From Octopus vulgaris (Eukaryota): a stretch of DNA of 64,000 bases. Positions 53,763 through 64,000 of this stretch are shown one piece after another. The notes beneath the pieces are model-generated. The model saw nothing but the letters and a program-made list of their open reading frames with translations, was not told the origin of the DNA and did no database searches. The translations under genes were made by a program, and so were the position numbers. Where the stretch lies: the NCBI GenBank assembly GCA_951406725.2, contig OX597815.1, positions 191,642,001-191,706,000 of the forward strand. Reading direction: 5' to 3'. Within the stretch, counting starts at the first letter, position 1. Every line of letters starts with the position of its first letter.

Positions 53763-54448
53763 CATAATTATACACGATTACAAATACGACCAGCATATAT
53801 TGATTTCAAATTTTGACACAAGGCCAGCACTTGGGCGGGGGAAGTAAGTCGATTACATCGACCCCAGTGCTCAGCTGGTACTAATTTTAACGATATGAAA
53901 GGCAAAGTCATCAACGGCAGGATTTGAACCTCAAACTGTGGAAAGACGGACGAAATGCCGCTAAGCATTATGTCCAGTGTGCTAACGATTTATGACCAGC
54001 ATGTATTATATATTATACATGTATTTATATATACACGTCCATACATACACACATATATGAATGCATGTGTATTTATATACATATTTATATCATTGTGTAC
54101 GTTTGTGTACATGTAATTATGCGTGTGTGTGTGTGTGTGTGTGTGTATTTCTGCGCGTGTGTGTGTGTGAGCACGCGCGTGCCCAAGCGCATGAGAATGC
54201 AAGCACGTATCATTGGAGCGAAGAGCAATCCAAATCCAAATCCAAGAGCTTTTCATTTGAAATAGCTATTGAACACTCAATCATAACTAAACGTTATCGG
54301 AAAATTAGAGTGGCAACTGTGTGTTCAACGAGAAAGGTAGCGGAGAGGAAGAAGAAGAAGAAAAAAAGAGAAAAGAGAGAAAACAACAAAGGCAGTGAAA
54401 TTGCCGTTTCATTAAATATACGCAGGAAATGGTGTCTGTGAGAGCATT

Positions 54449-54868
54449 TGTGTGTGTGTGTGTGTGTGTGCATGCTTGCATGCATATATACACACACGCA
54501 TGCATGCATACGTACATACATACATGCATGCGTACGTACATACATGCATGCACACGTGCATGCATGCATACGTACGTACGTACATACATACATGCGTACG
54601 TACATGCATACATACATACATATATACATGCGTACGTGCATACATACACGCGTACGTGCATACATACATACATAATACATACATGCGTGCGTACATACAT
54701 ACATACATACATGCGTACCTACATGCATGAGTACGTACATGCATACCTATATGCATGCGTACGTACATGCATACATACATGCATGCGTACGTACATGCAT
54801 GAGTACATACATGCATGCGTACGTACATGCATATATGCATGCGTAGGTACATGCATGCGTACGTACAT
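54449..54868. repeat. Alternating purine/pyrimidine tract of catg/cgta/cata tetramers
   Basis: Read directly from the sequence. Confidence 0.9.
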
Positions 54869-55257
54869 CGGAGTACTTGTTTGGTACGCTCTTTCCCTTT
54901 TGATAAGAAATCTTTAAATAAAACTGAATAACGACATACATGCATAAGTACTACACACGTACGTACGTACATACATACATAAACTGGTACTCCGTTGGTT
55001 ACGACGACAAGGGTTCCAGTCGAACCGATCAACGGAACTGCTTGCTCTATAACCATAGTGAGAATGTTACGAAATTTGTCAATATCCTGTAGAATTTCTT
55101 TAAATTCATCAAATGATCGCTTGCTGTACATCTCAACGTTTTATACCCTTAAATGAAAGTACCTAGTCGTCTGGAGAGTCTATGTATGAGTAGATGTGTC
55201 TACTTCAGAAATTATGGGTCGGAGAGAGTTATTTTGCTTGTCTTAATGCTATAAATA

Positions 55258-55395
55258 TTAGGTTGTCCCAAAAGTTCGTAAATCTGGAATATAAAGATGA
55301 AGGTAACTATAACAATATAAACCCAAACAAACAATTAAAAATTGCATAAAAATTCAAATTTTCGCAAGTGTTTACGAACTTTTGGGACAACTTTA
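55258..55395. mobile_element. Small mariner-type MITE
   Basis: TA-ttaggttgtcccaaaagttcgtaaa ... tttacgaacttttgggacaacttta-TA. Confidence 0.85.
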
Positions 55396-56137
55396 TATTT
55401 GCCGTTCTAAACTACTGTAAACGGATAGATCCTTTATGAGTGTTTGCCCCAATAATTAATTCAGCTGCGCAGTGTTGTCTTATCTAATTTTGACGAATTT
55501 GCTGTTATTATATAGTCCACCGTCTATATTTTAAACGTATTCGCCTTTGTTCATAACAAACAGGCTGCTCTTATCGCTCTTGCATATTACACTATTACCG
55601 TTAATTTTCTAGCCCTGCAGAACTACTTAGAGATTCTTGTTCAGTACGTTTTTGCGGTTATATTTACGTTTCTGTTTGTTGCTTCCGTACTTGTATATTA
55701 GTCTCACGGTTTATCGCCAATTATTTACTATACTTTTATCGCCAGCAGTCTCAGGGGACTGATAGTGTAATTTAAGTTCGAATTTCTTTATATTTTGGTC
55801 GGAAGTTTGTGCCGAAATTTATGTTATTTGATCAGGGTTAAACGTATGTATGCATGAGAGTTTAAAGAATTTGTCTTCTTGTGTTGGCAACAGTATTTTC
55901 CTCCGCTATAAAAATTGCTGAGATTCTGTGTATTGTTATTCTTTACCCGATGGGAACTCGAAGTCTGTACATTATCGATAGCTGACAAGTTATTAAGTAA
56001 ATGTGTTAAGTACTAATTTGTTGACGTCTGTTTTTTTTATAAGGCATTTTTTTTTACTTGGGAAATTTCCGTTGATAATTTTTTTCCGATATCATGCGTT
56101 GCAACAAATATTTTGCGTTCGATCAGCAATTTCCTGA

Positions 56138-56168
<31 letters not shown>

Positions 56169-56365
56169 CATATAATATATATATATATATTTAGTGTGTG
56201 TGTGTGAGCGCGCGTGTACGTCCGTGTAAGTGTGTATGTGCGTGTACACGCGTGTGGTATTATGTATGTATGTATGCATACATACATATGCAACTCGTGT
56301 GTGTATATATATAATATACATGTATTCATAAGTATACTCACACATGTATATTGATATGGTATGTG

Positions 56366-56401
<36 letters not shown>

Positions 56402-56427
56402 TACATATTTACCTGGTATATACGTAC

Positions 56428-56790
56428 AGGCACAGGAGTGGCTGTGTGGTAAGAAGCTTGCTTCCCAACATGTTTCCGGGTTCAGTCCCACTGCGTGGCA
56501 CCTTGGGCAATTGTCTTCTATAACCTCGAGCCGACCAAAGCCTTATGAATGTATTTGGTAGATAGAAATTGAAACAAGCCCGATATATATATAATGTGTG
56601 TGTATTCGTGTGTCTGTATTTGTTCCCCCAATATTGCTTGTGTGTTTACGTCTCTGTAAGTAGCAGTTCGGCAGAAGAAACTGATAGAATAAGTATTGGC
56701 TTACAAAAAATAATTCCTGGGGTCGATTTGTTTGTCTAAAGGCGGTGCTCCAGTATGGCCACAGTCAAATGACTGAAACCAGTAAAAAGA
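56428..56790 (+). mobile_element. SINE family A
   Basis: Head, core and tail present. Confidence 0.88.
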
Positions 56791-56899
56791 AATATATACA
56801 GAGATGTGTGTGTATATGTAATATATATTTATATGTGCGTGTATATATGTATGTATACATGCATTCATACATTTAGTAATGTTTGTGGGGGGGGGGTTT

Positions 56900-57110
56900 A
56901 AGGCTGTGAGCTGGCAAAATCGTTAGCACGTCGGGTAAAATGTTAGCAGTATTTCGTCCGTCTTTACGTTCTGAGTTCAAATTCCGCCGAGGTTAACTTT
57001 GCCTTTCATTATCTCGGGATCGATAAAATAAGTAGCAGTCAAGGATTGAGTTCGTCGTAGTCGACTTATCCCCTCACTCGAAATTGCTGGCCTTGTGCCA
57101 AAATGTGAAC
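56900..57110 (+). mobile_element. SINE family B (alternative tail)
   Basis: Head gagctggcaaaatcgttagc, B box and core present. Confidence 0.85.
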
Positions 57111-57182
57111 CCCATATAGTATATGTATCCACCCCTATACAATAGCCAATCCTTCAGTGCTCTGCTTTATTGTAATCAGAAA

Positions 57183-57306
57183 TGGCTGTGATGACAGTAG
57201 CATTAATTTTCTTGGTCGTTCAATTTTCCTCAATTGATCAATAGGCAACTTGAGTAAAATTATCAGTAATGTCTCTACAATGGCTACTGAAAACAGCTGT
57301 AAGCCA
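57183..57306 (+). ncRNA. Degenerate hammerhead with long stem II loop
   Basis: tggct-GTGATGA-cagtagc...gctactg-AAAA-CAGCTG-TA-agcca; all three stems intact, two core substitutions; (TA)n follows at 57361. Confidence 0.55.
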
Positions 57307-57356
57307 AATTTGCTCCAATGAAGGAAAAATATCTATTGACCATTAATTTTAACTTG

Positions 57357-57394
<38 letters not shown>

Positions 57395-57470
57395 ACGCCA
57401 TGATAGATCGTTAGCTCCTACACGCATTTTTTTCTCTCCTTGTTTTTCTCCTTGTTTTTCTTTCTGTGTA

Positions 57471-57508
57471 TCTTTCTGTAGAAGAGCGTAGGCTCGAAAC
57501 GTAAAAGA
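57471..57508 (+). ncRNA. Minimal hammerhead motif (core CTGTAGA, A6 substituted)
   Basis: tcttt-CTGTAGA-a-gagc(gtag)gctc-GAAA-CG-TA-aaaga, inside a ~215-bp TA-flanked element (57392-57606). Confidence 0.65.
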
Positions 57509-57620
57509 CTTTTTCTATTTCTATTCCTGAGCGCTATATTAATATATTTGTTTGTTTGTACTCCACCTGCCTTCGTCTTTTGTTTATTTTCGTAAACTTT
57601 CCCGTTATATAAATAATATT

Positions 57621-57800
57621 ATTGTGTCTGGGGAAAGTCATTCCCTTACAGTGTCTTATTTATCACACACCCAGAGCCAACGACTATGGAAAAGGTTGCA
57701 AGACGCAACGAAAATTAAAAAAAAAAATGAGTAGAAATCGAACCGGTGAGTGTGTTAAATTATAAGGCACTAAAAGATAATGACTCTCCCCAAACACAAT
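57621..57800. mobile_element. MITE with ~50-bp imperfect TIRs
   Basis: attgtgtctggggaaagtcatt... / ...aatgactctccccaaacacaat. Confidence 0.75.
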
Positions 57801-58659
57801 AAAATATGCTTCAACACACGAATTCGCATGAAGAATCTTGTAAACCAAATACAAAAAGCGAAATAAATAATGATATATATATATATATAGTACAAAGTAA
57901 GATAGGGGTTATGGGTGTAACCCACTATGGGATATCATTTATCCAATATACTGTTGTTTGTATTATTATCTTCTCTATTGATTTATGTAATATTTTGTAT
58001 GCTTTTGATGTCCTCATTTGTAAAATGAATAAATAATCAACATTATAATATCCGTAATAAACTAAATTTGTTTCTCCATTTTCTTATCTGTGTATATATA
58101 TATATATATATATATAAGATACACACACACACCATGGATATAAATATGTATTTGAAATGCTATCTTTTCTTACGGCATTTTTATCATTTTGTAACAAATA
58201 TCTCCCATATAAATATACGAAAACGAATATCGCTTCATACACTTCAGCAGTTTTTCCTTTTAAGCCTTTTGACCAAAGACCAAATATCGAAACTTATTGA
58301 CTAATAATGTTTTTCCTGCAGTCCGGTTTGTTACGAATTTCTTTCAATGATTGTTTCCACACTTCTGATTGCTATATCGTATCGTAGGGGGTACTTGTTT
58401 GGTCATTCAGTTTTGATATTGTGCGAAACGGCCATCTGTGACTGGGGTTTCTTCATCACTGATCCAGTCGTGGAATCACATGTATGATCGAAGAACAGAC
58501 GAGGATTGTGCAAATCTTTCTCATGGGACACTGAATGCCTATAAACACATGCATGTATGTATGTGTACGTGTGTGTATGTGTGTACGTATGTGTGTGTGT
58601 ATATATATATATATATGTATATGCATCTATATACCTGTCTGTCGAACGCGCGTGCACGC

Positions 58660-59010
58660 ACTCACACACTCGAACTTACTCTCACACTTACACACACTCA
58701 CACACACACACACACACACACCTGCACTCACACACACACACACACACACACCTGCACTCACACACACACACACACACACCTGCACTCACACACGCACACA
58801 CACCAGCACTCACACGCACACACACACCTGCAGACACACACCTGCAGACACACACACACACACCTGCACTCACACACACACACACCTGCACTCACACACG
58901 CACACGCACACCTGCACTTACATGCATACACAACACACCTGCACTCACACACACATGCGCTCACACACACGTGCGCTCACTCACTCATACACGCTCACGC
59001 ACACACACAC
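58660..59010. repeat. (CA)n minisatellite punctuated by CCTGCACT
   Basis: About nine cctgca-type nodes separated by CA runs. Confidence 0.9.
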
Positions 59011-59304
59011 TCTGTCATTTGCTTGAGCCGTGGGCGGTTGTCATTCTGTTGATTCCCAGTTTATTTCAGTTCGCTTCTTCTCACTTCTACACTTCTGCCA
59101 ATGATTTGCTTCTGGTATAAATCAGTGAATTGGATAAATCTGCCTTTGTGTGCATTTCTTGTGATGTGGGTTCATCGGTTATCTCGGATAAACAAACCAA
59201 AACAAAAACAAACGTTACATAAGTGTTCTCTGAATATATCCACATCTAAACCTTGTACACCTCTGCTGGTTTTCGCAGTTTATTGAAAAAAACCATATAC
59301 TATA

Positions 59305-59705
59305 GAGACAGGAGTAGCTGTATGGTAAGAAGCTTGCTTCCTAACCACATGGTTCCGAGTTCAGTTCCACTGTGTGGTACCTTGGGAAAGTGTCTTCTAT
59401 AGCCTCGGGTTGACCAAAGCCTTGTGAGTGGATTTGGTAGACGGAAACTGAAAGAAGCCCGTTGTATATATGTGTATATCTATATGTGTGTGTGTGTGTA
59501 TACGTTTGTGTCTGTGTTTGTCCCCACAGCATCGCTTGACAACCGATGCTGGTGTGTTTACGTCACCGTAACTTAGCGGTTCGGCAAAAGTGTCCGATAG
59601 AATAAGTACTAGGCTTACAAAGAATAAGTCCTGGGGTCGATTTGCTCGACTAAAAGGCGGTGCTCCAGCATGGCCACAGTCAAATGTCTGAAACAAGTAA
59701 AAGAG
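59305..59705 (+). mobile_element. SINE family A
   Basis: Head, core and tail present. Confidence 0.9.
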
Positions 59706-59929
59706 TCATTCATATTTGACCGACCCATCCTCCGAGGTTGTTGACCATGTCGCTTTGTCGCAATATTTCAAATCAATATTATATTCTTTGGAGAAACTTG
59801 AAGAAGAATGAGAGCTCTATAAGACAGATGTTCGAGAAAAAAAAACAAACAAATAAGAAATAATCTTTACAAGAAGGGGTCCCAAAAGTGAAGAGAGGAG
59901 AAAGAATGGAAAGACGAGACATTCTTTTA

Positions 59930-60170
59930 GTCACTTCAGTAAGGGAAGGAAAAGAAGAAATTTTGGCAGACCAACAATCTTGAAAGTATTTATAGAATAG
60001 ATAAAGAAGTTTAGTTGGCTAGAATAGGCATTATAAATCTTAGAAAATCGCTTTTTACTTCGGTCAATGACAGCAAAATTTTCGGCAGAGAAACTCAACA
60101 TAGACGTAAGAGTATAGTTCCATGCAAAAGTGAATGAGATTTGTAAAAATGAAGAATACATATGGTGTAG
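59930..60170 (-). pseudogene. Very degenerate LINE C-terminal fragment, similar to 29105-29512
   Basis: Shares acttc.ttatct.ttctataaatac (TSLS.FYKY) and a YKS..CME-like segment. Confidence 0.4.
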
Positions 60171-60384
60171 AGATAATGATGAAATCCATGTTGAAAAAAA
60201 CCCAAAAAAAACAAAGTATTAATATATTATAGGCGCAAGGGAGGCCGTGAGTTAAGAGTTTGCTTCCCAACCGCATGTTTCCGGATTCAGTTCTACTGCG
60301 TAGCACCTTGGGCAAATCTTCTGCTAAAGCCTCGGGCCGACCAAAGTCTTGTGAGTGGATTTGGTTGACGGAAACTGAAAGAAA

Positions 60385-61152
60385 TGGGGCAGCAAGCTGG
60401 CAGAATCGTTAGCACGCCGGGCGAAATGCTTAGCGGTATTTCGTCTGCTGTTACGTTCTGAGTTCAAATTCCGCCAAGGTCGACTTTACCTTTCATCCTT
60501 TCGGGGTCGATTAAATAAGTACCAGTTACGCACTGGGGTCGATATAATCGACTTAATCCGTTTGTCTGTCCTTGTTTGTCCTCTGTGTTTAGCCCCTTGT
60601 GGGTAGTAAAGAAATAGGTATTTCGTCTGCCGTTACGTTCTGAGTTCAAAATCCGTCAAGGTCGACTTTGCCTTTCATCCTTTCGGGGTCGATTAAATAA
60701 GCACCAGTTACGCACTAGGGTCGATATAATCGACTTAATCCCTTTGTCTGTCCTTGTTTGTCCTCTCTGTGTTTAGCCCCTTGTGGGTAGTAAAGAAATA
60801 TGTATTTCGTCTGTCATTACGTTCTGAGTTCAAATTCCACCGAGGTTGACTTTGCCTTTCATCCTTTCGGGGTCGATTAAATAAGTACCAGCTACGCACT
60901 GGGATTGATATAATCGACTTAATCCCTTTGTCTGTCCTTGTTTGTCCTCTCTGTGTTTAGCCCCTTATGGGTAGTAAAGAAATAGGTATTTCGTCTGCCG
61001 TTACGTTCTGAGTTCAAATTCCGCCGAGGTCGACTTTGCCTTTCATCCTTTCGGCGTCGATTAAATAAGTACCGGTTACGCACTGGGGTTGATATAATCG
61101 ACTTAATCCGTTTGTCTCTTTGTGTAGCCCCTTGTGGGCAGTAAAGAAATAG
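60385..61152 (+). mobile_element. Tandem SINE B array (4 units), preceded by the 5' half of a SINE A (60231-60383)
   Basis: One head, then junctions gaaataggtatttc / gaaatatgtatttc at 60611, 60795 and 60979. Confidence 0.93.
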
Positions 61153-61637
61153 GAAACTGAAAGAAATATGTGTGGGTGTGCGCGCGCGTCTTTCCGCCCG
61201 TGTTTGTCCCCTACCATGATTGACAACCGATTCGGGCAGTCTAATAACTGAAGCAATTAAAAGAAAAGATAAGAGAACTAGATCTAATATAACCATTTCA
61301 TTAAAAAATCTTTAGAAAAAAGTTAAACCTAGAAAACACAAGATAGAAAACTTACAAAACACACTACCGAGCATAGAACATGCAATATTATCACATTCTT
61401 GAGTTCAAATTCCGCCGAGGTCGACTTCGCAGTTCATTTCGGTGTTGATAAATTAAGTATCAGTTACGTACTGGAGTCGATCTAATCGACTGGCCCTATT
61501 TCCCCAAAACTTTCGGGCCTTGTACCTAGATCAGAAAAGATTATCACAATTCTGATTGCCCTCTATCAAATTTCACTAACAGCTATTGGTCAGTCTGAGA
61601 CTATACATTAATATATACTTACCGGAAGTGCTGTTTA

Positions 61638-62622
61638 TATTGGTTTCAAATTTTGGCATGTGGCCAGAAATTTCGGGTGAGGCGCTAAGTCGATTACATC
61701 GATCCCAGTGTCCAGCTGGTTCTTATTTCATTGATCCCAAAAGGATTAAAGACAAAGTCGACCTCAGCAGAATTTGAACTCAGAACATAAAGACAGACGA
61801 AATGCCGCTAAGCATTTTGCCCGGCATGCTAACGATTCTGCTAGCTCCCTGCCTTATAGTGCCACTTATATTATTTTCTACTCTGGACACAAGGCCCTAA
61901 ATTTTGGAGGAAGGGGCCAGTCGATTAGATCGATCCTAGTACGCAACTGGTACTTAATTTATCGATCCCGAAGGATGAAAGGCAAAGTCGATCTCAGCGG
62001 AATTTGAACTCAGAACGTAGCGGCAAACGAAATACCCATTTCTTTACTACCCACAAGGGGCTAAACACAGAGAGGACAAACAAGGACAGACAAACGGATT
62101 AAGTCGATTATATCGACCCCAGTTCGTAACTGGTACTTAATTTATCGACCCCGAAAGGATGAAAGGCAAAGTCGACCTAGGTGGAATTTGAACTCAGAAC
62201 GTAACGGCAGACGTAATACCTATTTCTTTACTACCCACAAGGGGCTAAACACAGAGAGGACAAACAAGGACAGACAAACGGATTAAGTCGATTATATCGA
62301 CCCCAGTTCGTAACTGGTACTTAATTTATCGACCCCGAAAGGATGAAAGGCAAGTCGATCTCAGCGGAATTTGAACTCAGAACGTAGCGGCAAACGAAAT
62401 ACCCATTTCTTTACTACCCACAGGGGGCTAAACACAGAGGACAAACAAGGACAGACAAACGGATTAAGTCGATTGCATCGACCTCAGTGCGTAACTGGTA
62501 CTTAATTTATCGACCCCGAAAGGAGGAAGGCAAAGTCGACCTCGGCGGAATTTGAACTCAGAACGTAACGGCAGACGAAATACTGCTAAGCATTTCGTCT
62601 GGCCTGCTAACGTTTCTGCCAC
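61638..62622 (-). mobile_element. Tandem SINE B array (4 units) plus adjacent monomer
   Basis: Junctions near 62030, 62215 and 62397; heads near 62620 and 61850. Confidence 0.92.
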
Positions 62623-63802
62623 TTATATTGAGATCAGACCCAGCGATCTTCTTAACCATACAGTCATATCTTGTCATATCATCCTTTAAGGCGGTATGTC
62701 GCAATATGAGATCATTTAGTTGTTTCTTTCTAAAACGTCAAGGCTTCAGCGCTTTCTTTGGCTTCATTGTTAAATGTTGCTGCTGGAACCATTGAAAAGT
62801 TACCGCGTTTATCCTTAGGCCACCCATCTGCTTTCTATCAAGAAAACTTTGATCATATAAATCAATCATTGTTGTAGCTTATGGGATGAGACTTGTCACT
62901 AAAGTTTGTCAAATAATTTTAAGGTATTCACAATTTTAAAATGAATTATTACATCATATGAGTTGGCTATTAAGATATCTAAGTTCAACGTTCCTCTGCC
63001 CTTCGGCTATATATATCTCAAAAGAAGCCAATATCATAATTATAATGAGACTGACATCGCCTTTGTAGTATGAAACGAGTTAACCGGGTATCGATAAAAA
63101 GTACTGGACTTGTGTGTCAGCGTTTTCGCCCTAGATCAGTGACCCTCAACCATTTTTTTTTATCTATGGTCCTCTTTGATTCCTATTTAATTCTGGTGGA
63201 CATCCATAGCCATTCGATGTTTAAAAACTAGTGTTATAGATACCCCTTTCAAAAATTTTTATTTTGTTTTTCATACATTAAACCTTAAAGTCGCCTTAAA
63301 GGATGATATGACAAGATATGACTTGTATGGTTAAGAAGATCGCTTCGCAACTGCGTAGACTGGGTCTGATCTCAATATAAGTGGCAGAAACGTTAGCAGG
63401 CCAGACGAAATGCTTAGCAGTATTTCGTCTGCCGTTACGTTCTGAGTTCAAATTCCGCCGAGGTCGACTTTGCCTTTCATCCTTTCAAATTCATGCCGAT
63501 CGTCCGTTTACACTGACCCTTAATTTTTTAAGGGTATAAAAAACAAATACTTGATACAAATTGTGATTTGTGTATGATCTGTATCAAAGAATGAAACGTG
63601 TTCTTAACGCGTATGCAGTCTGTATCAAACGGATTTCAATGAAATTTTTTCCAGTTATTTAGGTCAAAATAATCGTACCTGTGAATTTTCAGGTAATTTC
63701 AATCACTAGAAAAAATTCGGCACGAATGGGTTAACCTGTATAAGTTGAACTATGTAAAACGTGACAGAAAGAAGCCTAGCTGTTTCTTGCAATAAATATA
63801 TC

Positions 63803-64000
63803 TAAAGCAAAATTGTTTTCATGGTCCCTTAAGATATCACTGTTGAGCCCCAGTTTACTATTTTGCTTGCGTAAACCCCTAAAAATCTCACAAGAACTCT
63901 GGCTGAACAGGGCAGTGGATTAAAGCAGAATTGTTTTCATGGTCCCTTAAGATATCACTGTTGAGCCCCAGTTTACTATTTTGCTTGCGTAAACCCCTAA
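63803..64000. repeat. Direct tandem duplication, period 118 bp (runs off the window end)
   Basis: taaagca.aattgttttcatggtcccttaagatatcactgttgagcccc... at 63803 and 63921. Confidence 0.9.

Overview
This is AT-rich, microsatellite-laden eukaryotic DNA made almost entirely of repeats. I could not support any host protein-coding exon, and nearly all long ORFs in the track are microsatellite or SINE artefacts. The repeat content looks like a coleoid cephalopod (octopus-type) intron or intergenic region; that assignment is inference. Retroelements: (i) a fold-back Penelope-like element (PLE) with a GIY-YIG endonuclease remnant and 1.25-kb inverted arms; (ii) a degenerate 3.7-kb APE-RT LINE nested in a mariner; (iii) a 968-bp solo LTR; (iv) about 40 tRNA-derived SINE copies from four families. 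DNA transposons: several dead mariner/Tc1/Tigger elements and MITEs, five non-autonomous Helitrons, and a TIR element containing a 5S rRNA pseudogene. Three observations stand out. First, type I hammerhead ribozyme motifs (4 canonical copies plus several degenerate ones) occur in unrelated short elements that end in (TA)n/(RY)n tracts, often as fold-backs, and one lies behind a tRNA-like Pol III head. Second, headless ~184-nt SINE concatemers share an identical hairpin junction at six loci. Third, a SINE and a LINE share a 3' tail with a co-varying stem-loop. Coordinates were counted by eye, so SINE boundaries are approximate.
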